Of a stretch of 55,509 bases of DNA, positions 26,538-40,429 are shown one piece after another. Below the pieces are notes generated by a model. The model saw only the letters and a list, made by a program, of their open reading frames with translations. It had not been told where the DNA came from and made no database searches. The stretch's first letter is position 1. Each line of letters begins with the position of its first letter. Position numbers and translations under genes: made by a program. The DNA is taken from positions 1-55,509 of the forward strand of contig JAUGWO010000019.1 in NCBI GenBank assembly GCA_049724395.1, in the 5' to 3' direction. The DNA comes from Spongospora subterranea f. sp. subterranea. Lineage: Eukaryota.

Positions 26538-29128
26538 CTCTTATCTTATGATAACAGAATATGCGCTTATGGCGGCGACCACACTGGCGCAATAATCGTC
26601 AACAAGTCGCGCAGATATCTTTGGATTTCCATTTGGGGATGGCCGCGCTCACTGTTCAGGCCTCAGTCTCGCTCAGGAAAATGTGTGACGGGTTCCTGGC
26701 GTTCTCGGATCGTTTACTGGCACCTGGAGGATTTAAAGTTGATCGTCTAGCACATCGCGAGTTGCCACTCGAATTTTGTTTTCAGTTTCAGTGGGGTGTG
26801 TCCTCTGCAGGTTTTTTGATCCACTTGCGCTTCCGCGAATTTGGTCAAGACACAACTTGTTTTTTTAAGTGTCGAGAAAACGCGTGTTAACTGCAATCCC
26901 TCTAATGGCAGCTTGGGTTTATGAAAAATTCTTGATTTAGGAATTAAAATCAAGAAGAAGAGACACTCCTACTTCTCACACGTACGTTGGTGAATCGAGA
27001 GATACTTCCTTCACTAAGAAAGAAAGCAGAGCGAGATGCGCTTCCGCAACCCGATCCTCATTCTTTCAAGCAATGCATTGACGAGGCGATATCCCATAAT
27101 CGTATAAAAACCTGCTTTACTTAAAGCCAATGACGACCGGATTGTTCCTGAAATTTTTTTCCTGCATGTGATTGGATGTTGAAATTTTGAGTTGATCTTG
27201 GAATCTCGTTTGTGTGCCATCAAATGGAACGCGTAAACGTTCGAGGGCTTCAAAGCAAAAATCAAATCGATGTTCGACAGCTCCGGTTTTGGATCGTTTT
27301 TTTAGAATTGGTCGTTCCAGTGCTCAGGCTTTTCAGGAATGCTGTTTGCTTCCCTTAAGTTGCCGTTTGCGGCAGTTTATGTCCTGTCGAGTGAAAATAC
27401 TGGTTCGAAATGTCCTTCTCGCCCTCATTCCAAACTTCAACGGGTAAATTTTGGTCTGGATGCCGTTTGTTTGCTATTTATTTGCACAAATTAACGATAA
27501 AATTTCAACTGGCACATATTATATGATACTTCGGCAGAAGTCGTCGAAATGAAGCTGGTGTGTCTTTGCCATCGCTAATAAGAGTTCAGGTGTGATCCTC
27601 TTTGGTATTAATAGGCTTTGGATTGGCATCAGTTTCTGTGCAAGCGGATATATAGCTACAGAGTTTCTCGAACCTGCACCCCGATTCGGCCTTCACCGCC
27701 ATTGAGACAGCCTTCCGGATGCGACTCCGAAGAGGTGTCGGAGCTCAAATCAGCCCATACCGGGCAGTCATCGGTCGCCGAATGAAGGTAGCTTTACAAT
27801 TTGCGAAAGAGACATGGAATTCTCCCTAAACCCCCTCTCGAAACCTGCATCCAATTTAGATTTCGCTAAATGCCTTATTCGATCCTCTGTGGAAGGTATT
27901 GTCCATCAGGAATGGCGCGGTCAATGCCCAACATTTTACGCTTAAGGCCAGCCTTAAAAGAACAGCATCTCTCGCGCTGACCATGGTCTGTCAGTTGACG
28001 ACGACGACTAGGTAGTCACGCCACGCTTCTTGAACTTCAGGCGCAATTTCATCTCGCTAAAAACAAACAACGACGAGGTATGAAGACGCCACCATCCCAG
28101 CCGAGACTAACTTGACTGTGGACGGAATCGTGGTGAAAAGCTCAGCTAGGTCGTTGTCGGCGACCAATGTATGTTTTCATTGGTGTTGGACCTTTGGTAC
28201 TTCCCCACCGATATGACCGTGAAAGCATAGTGGTTCACACCAGGTTCCTCTGGAACAGAGTTGATGTCGACAAGTTTGTGATCACTTGAAAAATTTAAAA
28301 TATAGGCTGAAACCTTCAGTCGTCAGAGGCAAATGTGTCAATGCCGGTTTTGTTAATCTAAAGCATGTCTTTAAAACACGAGTTATTATGTAACCGAATT
28401 GAACACACAATTTTCGTAAATTCTTCACTAGAACACGGAGAATCAATCATAACCTTGAGCAAATTTTTGAAGATAATGAGGGCAATCTCCATCTTAGCTC
28501 AAATCCGCGTTCGCAGCAGGGCAGTGACGCCATTCGATGGTCAAACACGTCAACATCAGAACGTCACGACATTTTAGCAAAACTGTTCATCGCTTTGATC
28601 ATACAAGCTTTTGCTTTGCATAAGTGAGGTAAGAGGGATTGTCCTCAACCCAGAGTAGCACCTTTTATCATGTTTGAGGATTTCAAGGTTGGTTCCTTTG
28701 TCAGTACGGGAGACGGGCATGGTTGGAAAATCACCAGGCCCTCGGTATAGGGGTGAACTGCTCCAATTTAATCACAAACAAAAGCTCAAAAAACAGTTGG
28801 AAATTCCAGCGGAAAGAGAATCGTCAGTGTGCACGGATGGAATAATTACAGTCAGTTTTCGAGTATCACATGTGAATCTGTCGTCACTGCTGAAAAAAGA
28901 CACACCATGGATACATTTTGCTTTATATGGTTTACTTTGAATAATATGGGGTGTTTTCGCCGTCAAACTCCAATCGATTTTGAGGTGTTGAATTTGCCTG
29001 ACGACAGTCTTGTGCCGCTTGGTCACTGTTATTGCGTGATTTTGACTATGGTGCGCGGCCTCCTGGGTTCCGCATTATGTTCCACTGCCAGTTGATAAGA
29101 TAACCCTCTTGATCACTACTGCTCCTCC

Positions 29129-30001
29129 ATGAACGCCATGCTCACCAGCCGTCTAATATCGGCATCCGCGCGTCGATCTGCGTTATTGGCGCCTCGGTGT
29201 TTGTCCACTGCCTCGGCTGTAGCTCCCCCTCCCCCTTCTCAGTCCCCACTGAAAACTTTTCATTCGAAGTATGGGACATGGTTTCCCGTCGCCGCAATCG
29301 GTGGTGCTGTCGCCCTATCAAAGGAACTGATCATCTTGAACGAAGAGATTTTAGTTCTGTTCACATTCAGCGCTACTGTGTATGGCCTATATTCTCAATT
29401 CGGTGGAATGGTTGGAAAGTTTTTGGATGAACGATCTGCCAAGATCGGTACTGAACTCGAGTCTGTTCTAAACGAGTCAGTCTCTGCAACACAAAAGCAG
29501 ATAGATAGTGCCAAAACTCTTTTGACTGTGCAGGAAGACATTGACGCTATTTTCCGTCAACAAGAAGATTTGATGAACAGATACACTAAAGCCATACCCA
29601 ATGTGCTACAATCGGAGCTGAACTCTCAGATCAGTGCACGCCTTTCAATGGTTGCCGAGAAAGAACGGGCACTTGTTCAATCGATGCAGCAAACCTTGGC
29701 CAGCGCTGCCGTTGAGACAGTCCGTAATCAAGTTAAAAGCGGCGACCACAAGAAGATATTGATGGGGGCGATCAAGTCTCTTGAAAACGGTGATTCTGGA
29801 TCCGGTGAAGATCCAGTGCGCGACCAGTTTGTGGAATATTTTTCCAAATTCAAGCAGAAAGTTGCGGCGAAAACAGGAAAAGATCACGTTCTAACGTCTG
29901 AGGATAAGAAGGAATGGCAAGAGGCGCTCAATGATTTATTGCGCCGAGATTCGAACCTTAAGGATTTGAAAATTGAAACTCCCAATACCATCAAACTTTG
30001 A
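29129..30001 (+). CDS. ATP4: Mitochondrial F1Fo ATP synthase peripheral stalk subunit b
   Basis: Mitochondrial presequence, then the motif ALSKELIILNEEILV between two hydrophobic segments, followed by a long coiled-coil. Intronless, 290 aa. Confidence 0.82.
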   Translation: MNAMLTSRLISASARRSALLAPRCLSTASAVAPPPPSQSPLKTFHSKYGTWFPVAAIGGAVALSKELIILNEEILVLFTFSATVYGLYSQFGGMVGKFLDERSAKIGTELESVLNESVSATQKQIDSAKTLLTVQEDIDAIFRQQEDLMNRYTKAIPNVLQSELNSQISARLSMVAEKERALVQSMQQTLASAAVETVRNQVKSGDHKKILMGAIKSLENGDSGSGEDPVRDQFVEYFSKFKQKVAAKTGKDHVLTSEDKKEWQEALNDLLRRDSNLKDLKIETPNTIKL

Positions 30002-31653
30002 AAATTCTCTTGTACTACACATTTGGGTTTCATATGGCATGTCTTTTACAGAACCTTGTTTTTACGAAGTTCTTTGGCAATGTTGGAGGGCGCGGACGCT
30101 CCGGGACGCGCACAAAGTATTGGGACCTTTTCGAACGCGCCGATCTCGCACATTCGTTGAGCTAGAGGAGGAATAGCAGGAAGCTGTCCACTGTGCCCTG
30201 ATAGGAACTTCACATCACAAACGTCAGAGTTGCTTAGAATGCCCGATGGCGACCACTTACTGGGGATGCTGGTGTATTTGGGGGGGCTCGACCTTCATGT
30301 TCAGTGATAGCAGAGCTTGCTTTCACGGGAATCAAAGTTGTTTTTGTCGCGTTAGCTAACAGTTCACCATTTTCTTTGGACATCATCGTCAAATGTTAGA
30401 CTCTGGTCGGAGATTGACAATCCTCGGTCGAGCAATCGACCGTGTGAATTGACAATAGCTCCACTCCAGTCTCATATCGGCCAAGAAACATTATCCCCCG
30501 TAATCGGTCACGTGTCAAGGTCGCGCCGGTTGACTTGTATGGTTGAATATCACTCGTTCACTCGCCATATTTGGCCGTGCATAACACTGAGGTGCCCTCG
30601 AGACGATTCGTTTCATAGAGTGGACTGTTCTATTGTTGGTGCTGGGGTCTTCGAGTCAATCAAAGTCGTTTTCATCATTTTATACGTCGCCTCCAGTCGA
30701 TCACGCTAAAAATGTCATCGAAGCGTTGTCTCAACTTTGTTTTGTTGTCTGATTTGGATCGAAGGTTGCCAATTGACGCTCCCAGATACATTTCCACATT
30801 GTTTTTGACATGTAAACCGGACAATAGACGTTGTTGAAGATGGATCTGGATCAAATTAGGCCTGAATTTCCCAGAATACTCAGCAAGTCACTCGGTTTCC
30901 TCAGCGATTCCGCTAAATCGGAGTATTCAAAGCGGTTTGGCTATTGAGTAGAATTTGATGTGATAAACCAGTTTTATTGAACTGTTTATGTTATTCCTGT
31001 ATGAGGATAAGGCAAGATATATATTTCGATGAAAACTGGAAAACAATACGCCGTTGTCGCTATCTGATACCGTTTGCACTGAGGCCTATGCTCAAGGGAA
31101 ATCCAAGCTGTATCGGAGTGAGTTGGGTGGTTTCCCATGTCAAATATTGCTCCGAGATGTGGCAACGCAGTTATATGCCACAGCGCATTTTTCACTGGTT
31201 ATCCGTAACCAAGTTAGCCATTGGCATGTACGACAATGACGTGAACGGAATTGTCGGTTTTGCACTGCGACCGCAAAAGCAAACAAAACCAGAGAACCTT
31301 ACTATTTGACTGAAATGTGAGGGTCAGAGACAAAACGGTTGACCGGTAGAGTACAAATTATGGCTCAACGAAATCCGTGTGGAACAATGACCCTGCTGCA
31401 TTTGCATCCAAATCCTCACGCTTACACTAGATGCGCCAGAACGTTCGCACGGGCCTCAATTGCATGAATCCTACACGTCATAACAGGCGAATTGAGTAAA
31501 CATAAACAAAAGTAGGTTAGGTGTATATATTGGTGACGAAAATCTAAAGTCACACATTCTAGTTAATAAAATAAACAGGTGGGAATGGCGAACAGCAGGT
31601 TCTATGGGCGGATGACCCACTTCGTGAGACGGCAAATGGTCTGTCCACATCCA

Positions 31654-32185
31654 TTACTCCTGGTCGGCAATGGAAGTAGGACGCCTTCCAGATCGGGAAT
31701 GCGCCTGCAATGCCTTCGCTTCTTGGGCTTGGCGGATTCGCTTCATACTGATACGCTTCAGCAGGGTCTGCACATGGTCATCTCTATCGACACTCTACGA
31801 ACGATTGCAATGAGCATCAATGAGCATAATACTTAAAACTTGAAAATATACGAAAGAGTTAAACGAAAAAAATTGGAATATCAAAGCGCATAAGTATTTC
31901 ATTAAACATTGATACAGTAAAACTATTCGGGACACCGTATACCAATTCTGACAATGTGGCGACATTTTCGCCGCGAACAATGTATAATCCAACAGGTTCC
32001 TCAGCGAACTGCTTATCGACGACGATGCGCTTAACGGCACGAGCCAGGACCAGGTTGTAGAACTGGTCGAATGAGATCAAATTCCCGATCAAAATGGCAC
32101 CATCCCTGAGGACGCACTGTACGCGCCGTTCCAGGAAATCGACCAAACTCGACCGGACCGCATGCTCCAAGAACACCGAATCCAT
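31654..32185 (-). CDS. LSM1: Sm-like protein LSM1 (exons 32185-31943, 31794-31654)
   Basis: SLVDFLERRVQCVLRDGAILIGNLISFDQFYNLVL…GLYIVRGENV. A GT-AG intron leads to a helical C-tail (KRIRQAQEAK). Confidence 0.85.
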
Positions 32186-32923
32186 ATTCTGTTGAGTTGT
32201 GAAACCCGCACACGCCCGAGTCAAGAGCCCGCGCGGCCAAAAAAACATGCGCGCTCAAGTTGTGCGTGTGCAAATAACGCGACCAAGTGTGCAACTGTGT
32301 GTGCGCATCAAGTTACTATGTTTCTCAACGAAGACAATTCAACGCAGCCAAATGCGCACGTTAATCAACTTGAATTACGCTGGGCGGAGGTGCAGTCTTT
32401 CCGAAAACTGCAAAAACTCGAAGAAATTTGGTTGAGATCGAGTTTTTGTTTTTGAAGGCCGCAGAATTAGTAAACGATTCCAGCAGTTTTAGGAAAAACT
32501 GCAAATGGCTTGGTAAATCAGTTGTTATTGCAACCAGGTCAACGACTGAGCTTCACATGAGCAATCGCTCGGCTGCTGAACTGCTATCATACACAGTGGG
32601 TGGACACCAATATAATGCACCCATATGCACGTTTTAGTCATCACCAATATTCTCCAAACCTCATTGTTCTGTTGAAATCAGAGTTTCGTGGCAGCGACGG
32701 TCACATGTTCACCATGACACACTCATCGTTGCGATGTTTAACGTTCTCTGCTGTTGCTGGATTACGCTTATCCGTCTGAGTGAGATCCTCGCTCAGGAGT
32801 CAGAATGAGCAGACGGCTGTCATGGAAAATGGCTGCGCTTGTTCAATATGAAGATGTGGCTGCGCCACGGCAATCCCATCGATATATCGCCATTATTCTG
32901 TTTTGGGGGAATCCGTAGCTCAG

Positions 32924-34668
32924 ATGGCGACGCTCTCTCAAGCGGGAACCGATGCCATGTTTGGCCCCGTGTTTGTCCCGTTTCCTGTCGATTCGGCCGC
33001 CCACGAATTACGTGTTCAGGTGAAAACCGCCGACGCCTACGGATGGGTCCATGGCCCTAGCCAGCCCGCCAAAGCCAAACCTGCTTCGGCCGGCACATCC
33101 TCTACTCCGCTTTTATTGCCCGGACTTACTGATGCATCAGATTCAATAACACAGGACATTACCGGCCCATCTGTTGATTCTCAAACAGGTATGACAAACG
33201 AAATCGCTTGAGACATTTGCATGGTCTAACATATCCATCATGCGATTCCGGTTTCCTTTTCTTTCTCATTCTCTATTACTTTTTATTCTCTGGTGGGGGT
33301 CCCCCTCTTGGTTTTTCCTTTTTTCCCGTTTTGCTCTGTAATTTGTTACCTTCATCTGCCTGTTTTCGATATCAACCATTCAACTTTTTCAATGCTGCTC
33401 ATTGCAATAATGTCGGATTTCTATCTCAGGTGAGTCGGCGTTGATTGTGAAGCCGCCTCCGCCGCCTCAACGCGATAATCTGTTAATGAAACGTCCAAGG
33501 CGGGTTCCCATACGCGAACCTGTCTGGCATGCGCCTTGGAAACTGCATCGAGTCATATCTTGGTCATCTTGGTTGGGTACGATGTGCTGCCGTCGACGTT
33601 TCCAACGAATGGTTTGCCACCGGATCTGCAGATCGGACCATCAAGATCTGGGATCTGGCCTCAGGCCATCTGAAACTGACCTTGACGGGACATATTCATT
33701 CGGTTCGAGGTGTTGCCGTTTCCGATCGCCATCCGTATCTATTTTCTGTCGGGGAGGACAAGATGGTGAAAAATTGGGATCTTGAAACTAATCGCGTCAT
33801 CAGGTACATTTCAATCCCATTCTGGCCGCTGAATAGTTTTGTGCCTTTTCGATGTTTCCGCTTCACTTGTTACTTTCGTGATTCCTGATGTAATCTTTCC
33901 CTGTTTTCTCTTTTCATGTTTTCGACATATTTGTGACACCGATCCTACGTGGGCAGGTCGTATCATGGGCATTTGTCTGGTATTTATGCCCTGGCTCTGC
34001 ATCCAACTCTTGATGTTCTGGTGACCGGCGGTCGCGACAGCACTGCCCGAGTTTGGGACATGCGTACCAAGGCGCAGGTTCATGTGCTGTCTGGCCATTC
34101 GCATACAGTGGCCGCGATTCGTTGCCAGGGAACGGCGCCCCAGGTGATAACGGGTTCGCATGATTCGACCATCCGTCAATGGGATTTGGCCTCTGGACGA
34201 ACTCGACAAGTCCTCACCAACCACAAGAAATCTGTTCGTGCTCTGGCCTTGCATCCATCGGAATACACGTACGCTAGCGGTGCGGCGGACAACATCAAAG
34301 TATGGCAGTGCCCAGACGGCGTCTTTCTGCGAAATCTTTCCGGCCACAACTCAATTGTCAACGCGATCAACGTAAACAGCGACGATGTGTTGGTGTCCGG
34401 AGGTGACGACGGCTCTTTGAAGTTTTGGGATTGGAAATCCGGATATGCGTTTCAAACGACGCAATCGATCGTCCAACCGGGCAGTTTGGATGCAGAAGCC
34501 GCCATATTCGCCATCGAGTGGGACCGGACTGGAACGCGAATGATCACCTGCGAAGCAGATAAGACTGTCAAGATTTGGCGCGAGGATCCTGACGCAACCC
34601 GTGAATCACATCCCATTGATCCAGAATTCGGCAAGGAACAACGTGCCAAAAGGCGAGAATTATATTAA
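32924..34668 (+). CDS. PLRG1: Pleiotropic regulator 1 / Prp46 WD40 splicing factor (exons ~32924-33188, 33430-33803, 33957-34668); +1 indel at 33560-33561; start uncertain
   Basis: [73 protein letters not shown] and [13 protein letters not shown]. Confidence 0.95.
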
Positions 34669-37600
34669 TATAATGTTTTATTCAGTTCAAAGTGCTGGTT
34701 TCAGTCGAATTGTCTTTCTCAATCAAGTATTCTCAGCCGCTAAATTGCGCCTGCATGCACATCTCTCCATGATGTGTTCAATCTCCGGCAAACAAGGGAT
34801 GGGGTTCGCCTTACTCAAATGGCAGGGCGTCCTGAGATTGTATATCGTTGGGCCTCAAACACCGCCGACAGGGGGATGAGGTTAGCGGAAAGGGCTGTTA
34901 CAGATGTTGTCGTGCAATTCGGCAATCATGTTCAAGTGTACCAGTGCAATCATTGGAGAAATGGGTGCTCTTGACCATCATTTTACAGTGTTATTGAACA
35001 TCGGGGACCGATTGCCAAGGAAACGCAAAGAGAAATGGTATGAGGACCGCCAGACCGGGTGGCGTAATCACGTCAACGGTTCGGGCAACGGTAATAATAC
35101 GGTCGACATCGATCAGCAACAGCAACAGGATTTCAACGGGGACCGGATATCGAATGCACACATTGCGCCTCAATAGCTGAACCGCTCTTGTTAACTCAAG
35201 AGCGTCAGGGGATTGTGGACCACGGGGACAAATAATACATCGCCATCATAACGGCATGCTCTGGCATATTTCGCAGCGGTTGGTGTTGATGCACCTTGAT
35301 CATGTTGGTCGTTGAGTGGATTTGATCTGCCCTGAGTATTCTAACTGTCGACGAGTTTCAAATTCGTTGATGTCTTTGCTAACGATGGCCATTCAAAAGT
35401 ACAGTAGCACTATTCTCTTCACAACTATTCCAAATCTGTTCTGACAAAATGCTGTTTTCGGGCCTGTTTATTTGACGTTTTCAGTTTCTTTGCGTTCATG
35501 CGTTCCAATGCAGTCGAGTTTCTTGCATTTCACCATCACTTGTCGAATACGCCGCTGGCCAACGTGTCTGCGATTTTATCGATCATTAGTTCGCCATTAG
35601 TATTGCATTGTTGGAGCATGTGCGCTGGATGGTTTACAGGTCTGCCCGATCAGCTTTCTATGGTTCTGTAGGGGGCAGACGACGGCTGTACAAGTGGATT
35701 TCCATGGGAGGTTTCTGTCTGAGCCCTTTCACATTGCGGCCGGCCCATTCCGTCAATAACGAATTGGAATTGACCACAAAATCAAAAAACAGTGACATTT
35801 GCAGAACTGTAGATATAGTTTCATGATGCGTCACAGCTCGATTTGGTCGTTGAGCAGCTTTTGCTGAATGTCGTTAAATGGAGGCTTTCCGAAATCCCGG
35901 GTTTGTATGCTTGTCGTAATCCATCATGCCAATACATGTTTGAAAACGCGCGATTTCAGTCGGAACAACTGAGGTGTTGATCAACGCCTCACGACTTCAC
36001 GACTTTTTCGTGTGGCGCGACAACCCCCACGCTTTCTACGATTGCAGAAACAGACGACCATCTGTTCCAAAAGGAGTCCGAGATCAGATGCAACAGCAAG
36101 GGATCATGTGAGTTGATGACGTTCATATCACGACGCAATCGCATGTTCCATCGACTCCAATCAGAGCCCATTTTGACCCGGAACACCCAAATGCGTCGGA
36201 GCACCAAAGTACAGTCTACAATGATGGCGGTGAATACAGTCTGGAGTTGTTTCAGGTGACCGGATATACTCAAGACGTTGCTGCGTCCTTCTTGCTTGTT
36301 CCTAAGTTCTTGGGCAGTTTAAGAGACTGAACCAGTGAGCATCTGACAGGTCAAAATCCCTGTTTGCGCCTAGGGAGCAAGTCATTAAAAGCCAATGAAT
36401 TTTTTCGATAAAAACAGCAATTAATTCAAATCAAACGACTGTTTCGAGCAGAGGATTTGGCCCCGGAACTATCGATCGTGATATTGTTCATTTTCATCAT
36501 GTGATATTGTCGGATTGTGTGAAAAGTTTAACGGTCACCGAAATCATCACTATTGCCAGTTCCAACAACTGCACCGATTGCAGCACTAGAACCAGGAAAC
36601 TATTGCACAGCAGCGGATACTGCAACTAACTTGAGGTCGCAAGGTCGTTTTCATTCAATCAACCCATGGATCTGTCATTTTCCTGCCTGCACATTGGTGA
36701 ACCTGCCATTCCAATGAGTCACGATGTCAACAGGATTGTCAGCCCTGATATGTGGACCAAAAATCCTGCCACCAACATTAGGGAACCCGGCTGGTACGAT
36801 CCATGATACATCATTGGCGAATTCATCAATCAGAATGGAATGTGACTTCTCTGAGTGTTTTGCGATCAATATGAATTAACAGTCACATATTGCCAGGAGA
36901 TGACGTTGAGGTTTGCACTTGAAATCAGTACAGACGTGATTGATGTATGGTTGTTAGGTGTGCTTCACTAGAGCAGTCGAGCCTGACGATATTATAGGGT
37001 TGTTGTCCAATAGCACTCAAATAATAACGTTCAATTATCATCTTCACTTCCTCCAAAACGTCGACCAAAATGTTCTGCTTCTTTCCTCGTCAAATGGTTC
37101 GTTTGAATGGACCAGGATCGGAACTTTGTCATCATCGCCTCGATCATCTTGAGAAATGTCACCACCATCGGAAAATGCCGATTCTAAGTGAACAAAAGAC
37201 CTTTAAGCATTCAGTGTGCCACGAGCTAAAGGTTGAGAAGAGGTCCTTCACATTTTGTTGGATACACGACAAAGTTAATCGAATGAAATTGTGAGAGGGG
37301 TGGGTTTCACTACTCGACATTCGACCAAATCGCCACTTCGTCAAGGCAAAAAACAATAACATGACCCATGGCCACAATTGAATTGGGCGGACCTTCCACA
37401 GCCATCTGGCACTGCTATGACAAATGGCGTCATGAATCCGGTGCTAGACCAACCTGGTAAACTTCGCTTCCTGAGACTCTTACGATGATGTGCAGATATC
37501 TACGGGGCTGTATAACCATAGCCGATTCATTCCCTGCTGCTTGCTGTCCTCGTGCATTGATCACGATCGGCTTGTCAAATGACTGAAATCCCTTTGGCTA

Positions 37601-37860
37601 CTCAAAGAACGTCATTCCGGCAGTCCGCATGTGGTTGTCCCTACGCCAAGTTGACGGTAGAGCCCCTGTCGATTCCCTGATTTGCGTGACTCTAAGCCAG
37701 TGTCCCTGATCGTTACTGCCTGACTGGGGGTGATCCCATCACATGACTGGGCGGCGGACGGCGACATGCGGGTTGGGTCCGGCAGGGTCCATCCCACCGG
37801 GGGATACCGCCATTACTCACTGGACATTTGCGAATATTCGTGGTACGCTAGACCATCGTC

Positions 37861-39732
37861 ATGGGTATCACATCAAACCCGACCGTCAATTCATCGCGAT
37901 TGATCGCATTAGGTTTTGCCACTTTGATAATGTCGCGCCCAGCGAATTTGTTGACGTCTTCTTGAACAGAGGACCAGTACGGGGCGTATAATTACGCGCC
38001 GGTCAAGGTTGTGGCCGCAATCGGGAAAGGCGTCGCGATTTTCGACGCCGATGGCAATCGGTACGTCGACTTGATGGGCGGGTATTCGGTGGCGAATCAC
38101 GGCCACTGCCACGATAAGATCGTGGCCGCCGCCAAGGCACAGCTCGATCGTCTGACGCTCATCAGCCGCGCCTTCTACAGCGATAAACTCGGACCGTTGG
38201 TTTTTTTTGCCCAATCTTTCATCAATTCCATAACTGAATTACGTTGATCTGAACAGGTTCGAGCAGCTTCTGTGTGAGACATTCCAGTACGAGCGCGCCC
38301 TATTGATGAACACTGGAGTCGAAGCGTTCGAGACCGGTACGTCCACGTTACCGGCAACGCCCACGGTTGGGGCAGGATGCTTATGTTACGGTTTTTCAGC
38401 GTTGAAGTTGGCGCGACGATGGGGATATGCCACGAAGGGGATTGCCCCGAATCTTGCCCATGTTTTGTTCGCCAATAACAATTTCCATGGCCGGTCGATC
38501 GCTGCTATATCGGCCTCGACCGACCCCAAGAGCTTTGGCGGGTTCGGGCCCTTGCTCCCAGAGATCAGCAAGATTCCCTTCAATGATATCCCCGCGCTCG
38601 AACACGCCCTGCAGAGCAATCCGAATATTGCCGCGTTTTTCATCGAACCGATTCAGGTTGAGAAAGTTTCGATCGCTGATCGTGTGTGTAATGATGGGTC
38701 GTAGGGTGAAGCGGGCGTTGTCGTTCCTGCTTCTGGGTACCTGTCAGCAGTGTCGGCGCTTTGTCGCCAATACAATGTTCTGTTCATTGTTGATGAGGTT
38801 GGTCACCATACCACCTTCCAACATCGCCTTTGTTCACGATTTATCATTCCGTTGCAAATCTTTGTCTGATTCTTTCCATAAATATTACGCTTCCTCTACC
38901 ATGTGTTTTTGTTTCCTTTTGGTTTATTTTCGCTCTATTTCACCTTCCCATTTGTGATATTCGCTTATCATATCATAAATTTCCTCCTCAAAAAGAGTAT
39001 TGATAACTAAATGTGCTTGTTGTATTGTCTGTTTATTGAGTATCATAGGTCCAAACTGGTATGGGACGAACAGGAAAGCTTCTATGCGTCGACCACGATT
39101 ACGTCAAACCCGATGTCGTTCTTCTGGGTATATTATCAGCATCATTATCCGTCAATCGGTTATCGATAGTGCATGACAGGGAAATCATTGGGAGGCGGTA
39201 TCGTCCCTGTCAGCGCCATCTTGACCAGTGACGACATCATCAAGGTTATTCGGCCTGGCGAACACGGCTCCACGTTTGGTGGCAACCCGATGTCGTCAGC
39301 TTGCGGCTCCGCGGCAATTGAGGTTCTCGTCGACGAGCAGGAGGACCTGATTGGAAACGCTGCCCGCATGGGAGAGGTTTGCGACCTCCATGTGTTCATT
39401 TTTTCAAACGTTTACCCGTTTTTTTTTAGATTTTTCTCCAAGGGATTCGGCAAGTCAAATCCCCATTTATCACCGATGTTCGAGGGAAAGGTCTGTTGAT
39501 CGCGTTCGATGTCAAACCGATCGCGAACGAGGACGGACGCGATGTCGCCGCCCCTTTCTGGAAGAAGACTGCCGCCAATGTCGAGGCGTCTATGATTGCG
39601 AAAGGGTTCCTTGTTCGATGCACGCATAGCCACACGATCCGTCTAGCGCCACCTTTGATGATTGATGAGGCCACTGTCAAGGACGCGCTTCAGGCCATTC
39701 AGGAATCCATGCAAGAATACGAACAGATCTAA
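37861..39732 (+). CDS. OAT: Ornithine aminotransferase (class III PLP enzyme), multi-exon
   Basis: Exon 1 (37861-37912) splices to 37970, giving LIALEDQYGAYNY. Then YSVANHGHCH, LTLISRAFYSD, MNTGVEAFETALKLARRWGY, NFHGRS, EPIQGEAG, DEVQTGMGRTGK, LGKSLGGG (PLP Lys), HGSTFGGNP and IRLAPPL. Confidence 0.95.
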
Positions 39733-40429
39733 CTCTTTTCCTTCTACAATTTATATATTTCATCATTTTGTTTTCGTTTTCGCCGTTCGTTCTCTGGTGC
39801 CCGTCAACAATCCATAATATCGATGACGTTAGATTGCGATTGCGCCTAGACAAGCTCAACCAACCCGGTGGACGCCGATACTCACAATTGGCGACTTCTT
39901 TCCGAGGCGTCAGAGCCTTCATAAATTCGCAAACCAAAACATGTCAGTTCGCCATTGGGTTGAGGATAAATAGGTCGTGTTGGTGGCCTGACCGTCGCGC
40001 CGTTCGACAGTGTTCGTGGGTTCTATCTATTTTGAGCATGGGCAGATGTTTCACTAGATAAGGCGATTAGTTCCTACTCGTGGCTCTTACTCTTCGAATG
40101 TGCTAATCAGATCGGCGACACTACTGCATAATCATTGCTGTTTAAATCTGTCCATGGCCCCGTCGGGTCGATGACCAACGACCTGTTGCCATAATCTTCC
40201 CAAACAATGGACTTGCCCCGATCTCAATTAACAGCCGATCAATATGTTTAATAGCTTTTATGACCGGTGCCAGAAATTCGCCCATATGTCTCCATTTGCC
40301 AGATAGCTCCTTTCGCCTCCGCCCAGTCCATTAACCCAGTCCGACCAATGGCCTTCGCGGCAACACAATTCTACATGGATTTCGATGCGCTGTTCATTGA
40401 CATTTTGTTTTACCCTGCAGTCCACGTTG

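Noticed and set aside
26600..29000. Scattered ORFs between PSMA6 and ATP4
   Set aside because: I recognised no homology and could not build a coherent gene model.
17601..34668. UPF1, LSM1 and PLRG1 as an RNA-processing gene cluster
   Set aside because: They are interspersed with unrelated genes, which is compatible with chance in a compact genome.
34750..37500. Possible intron-rich gene or pseudogene between PLRG1 and OAT
   Set aside because: Coding-like patches exist, but I could not build a model or assign a family without a search.
37930..37970. Apparent in-frame TGA near an ATG at the start of OAT (possible recoding)
   Set aside because: It lies inside the GT-AG intron 37913-37969. The true start is ATG 37861.
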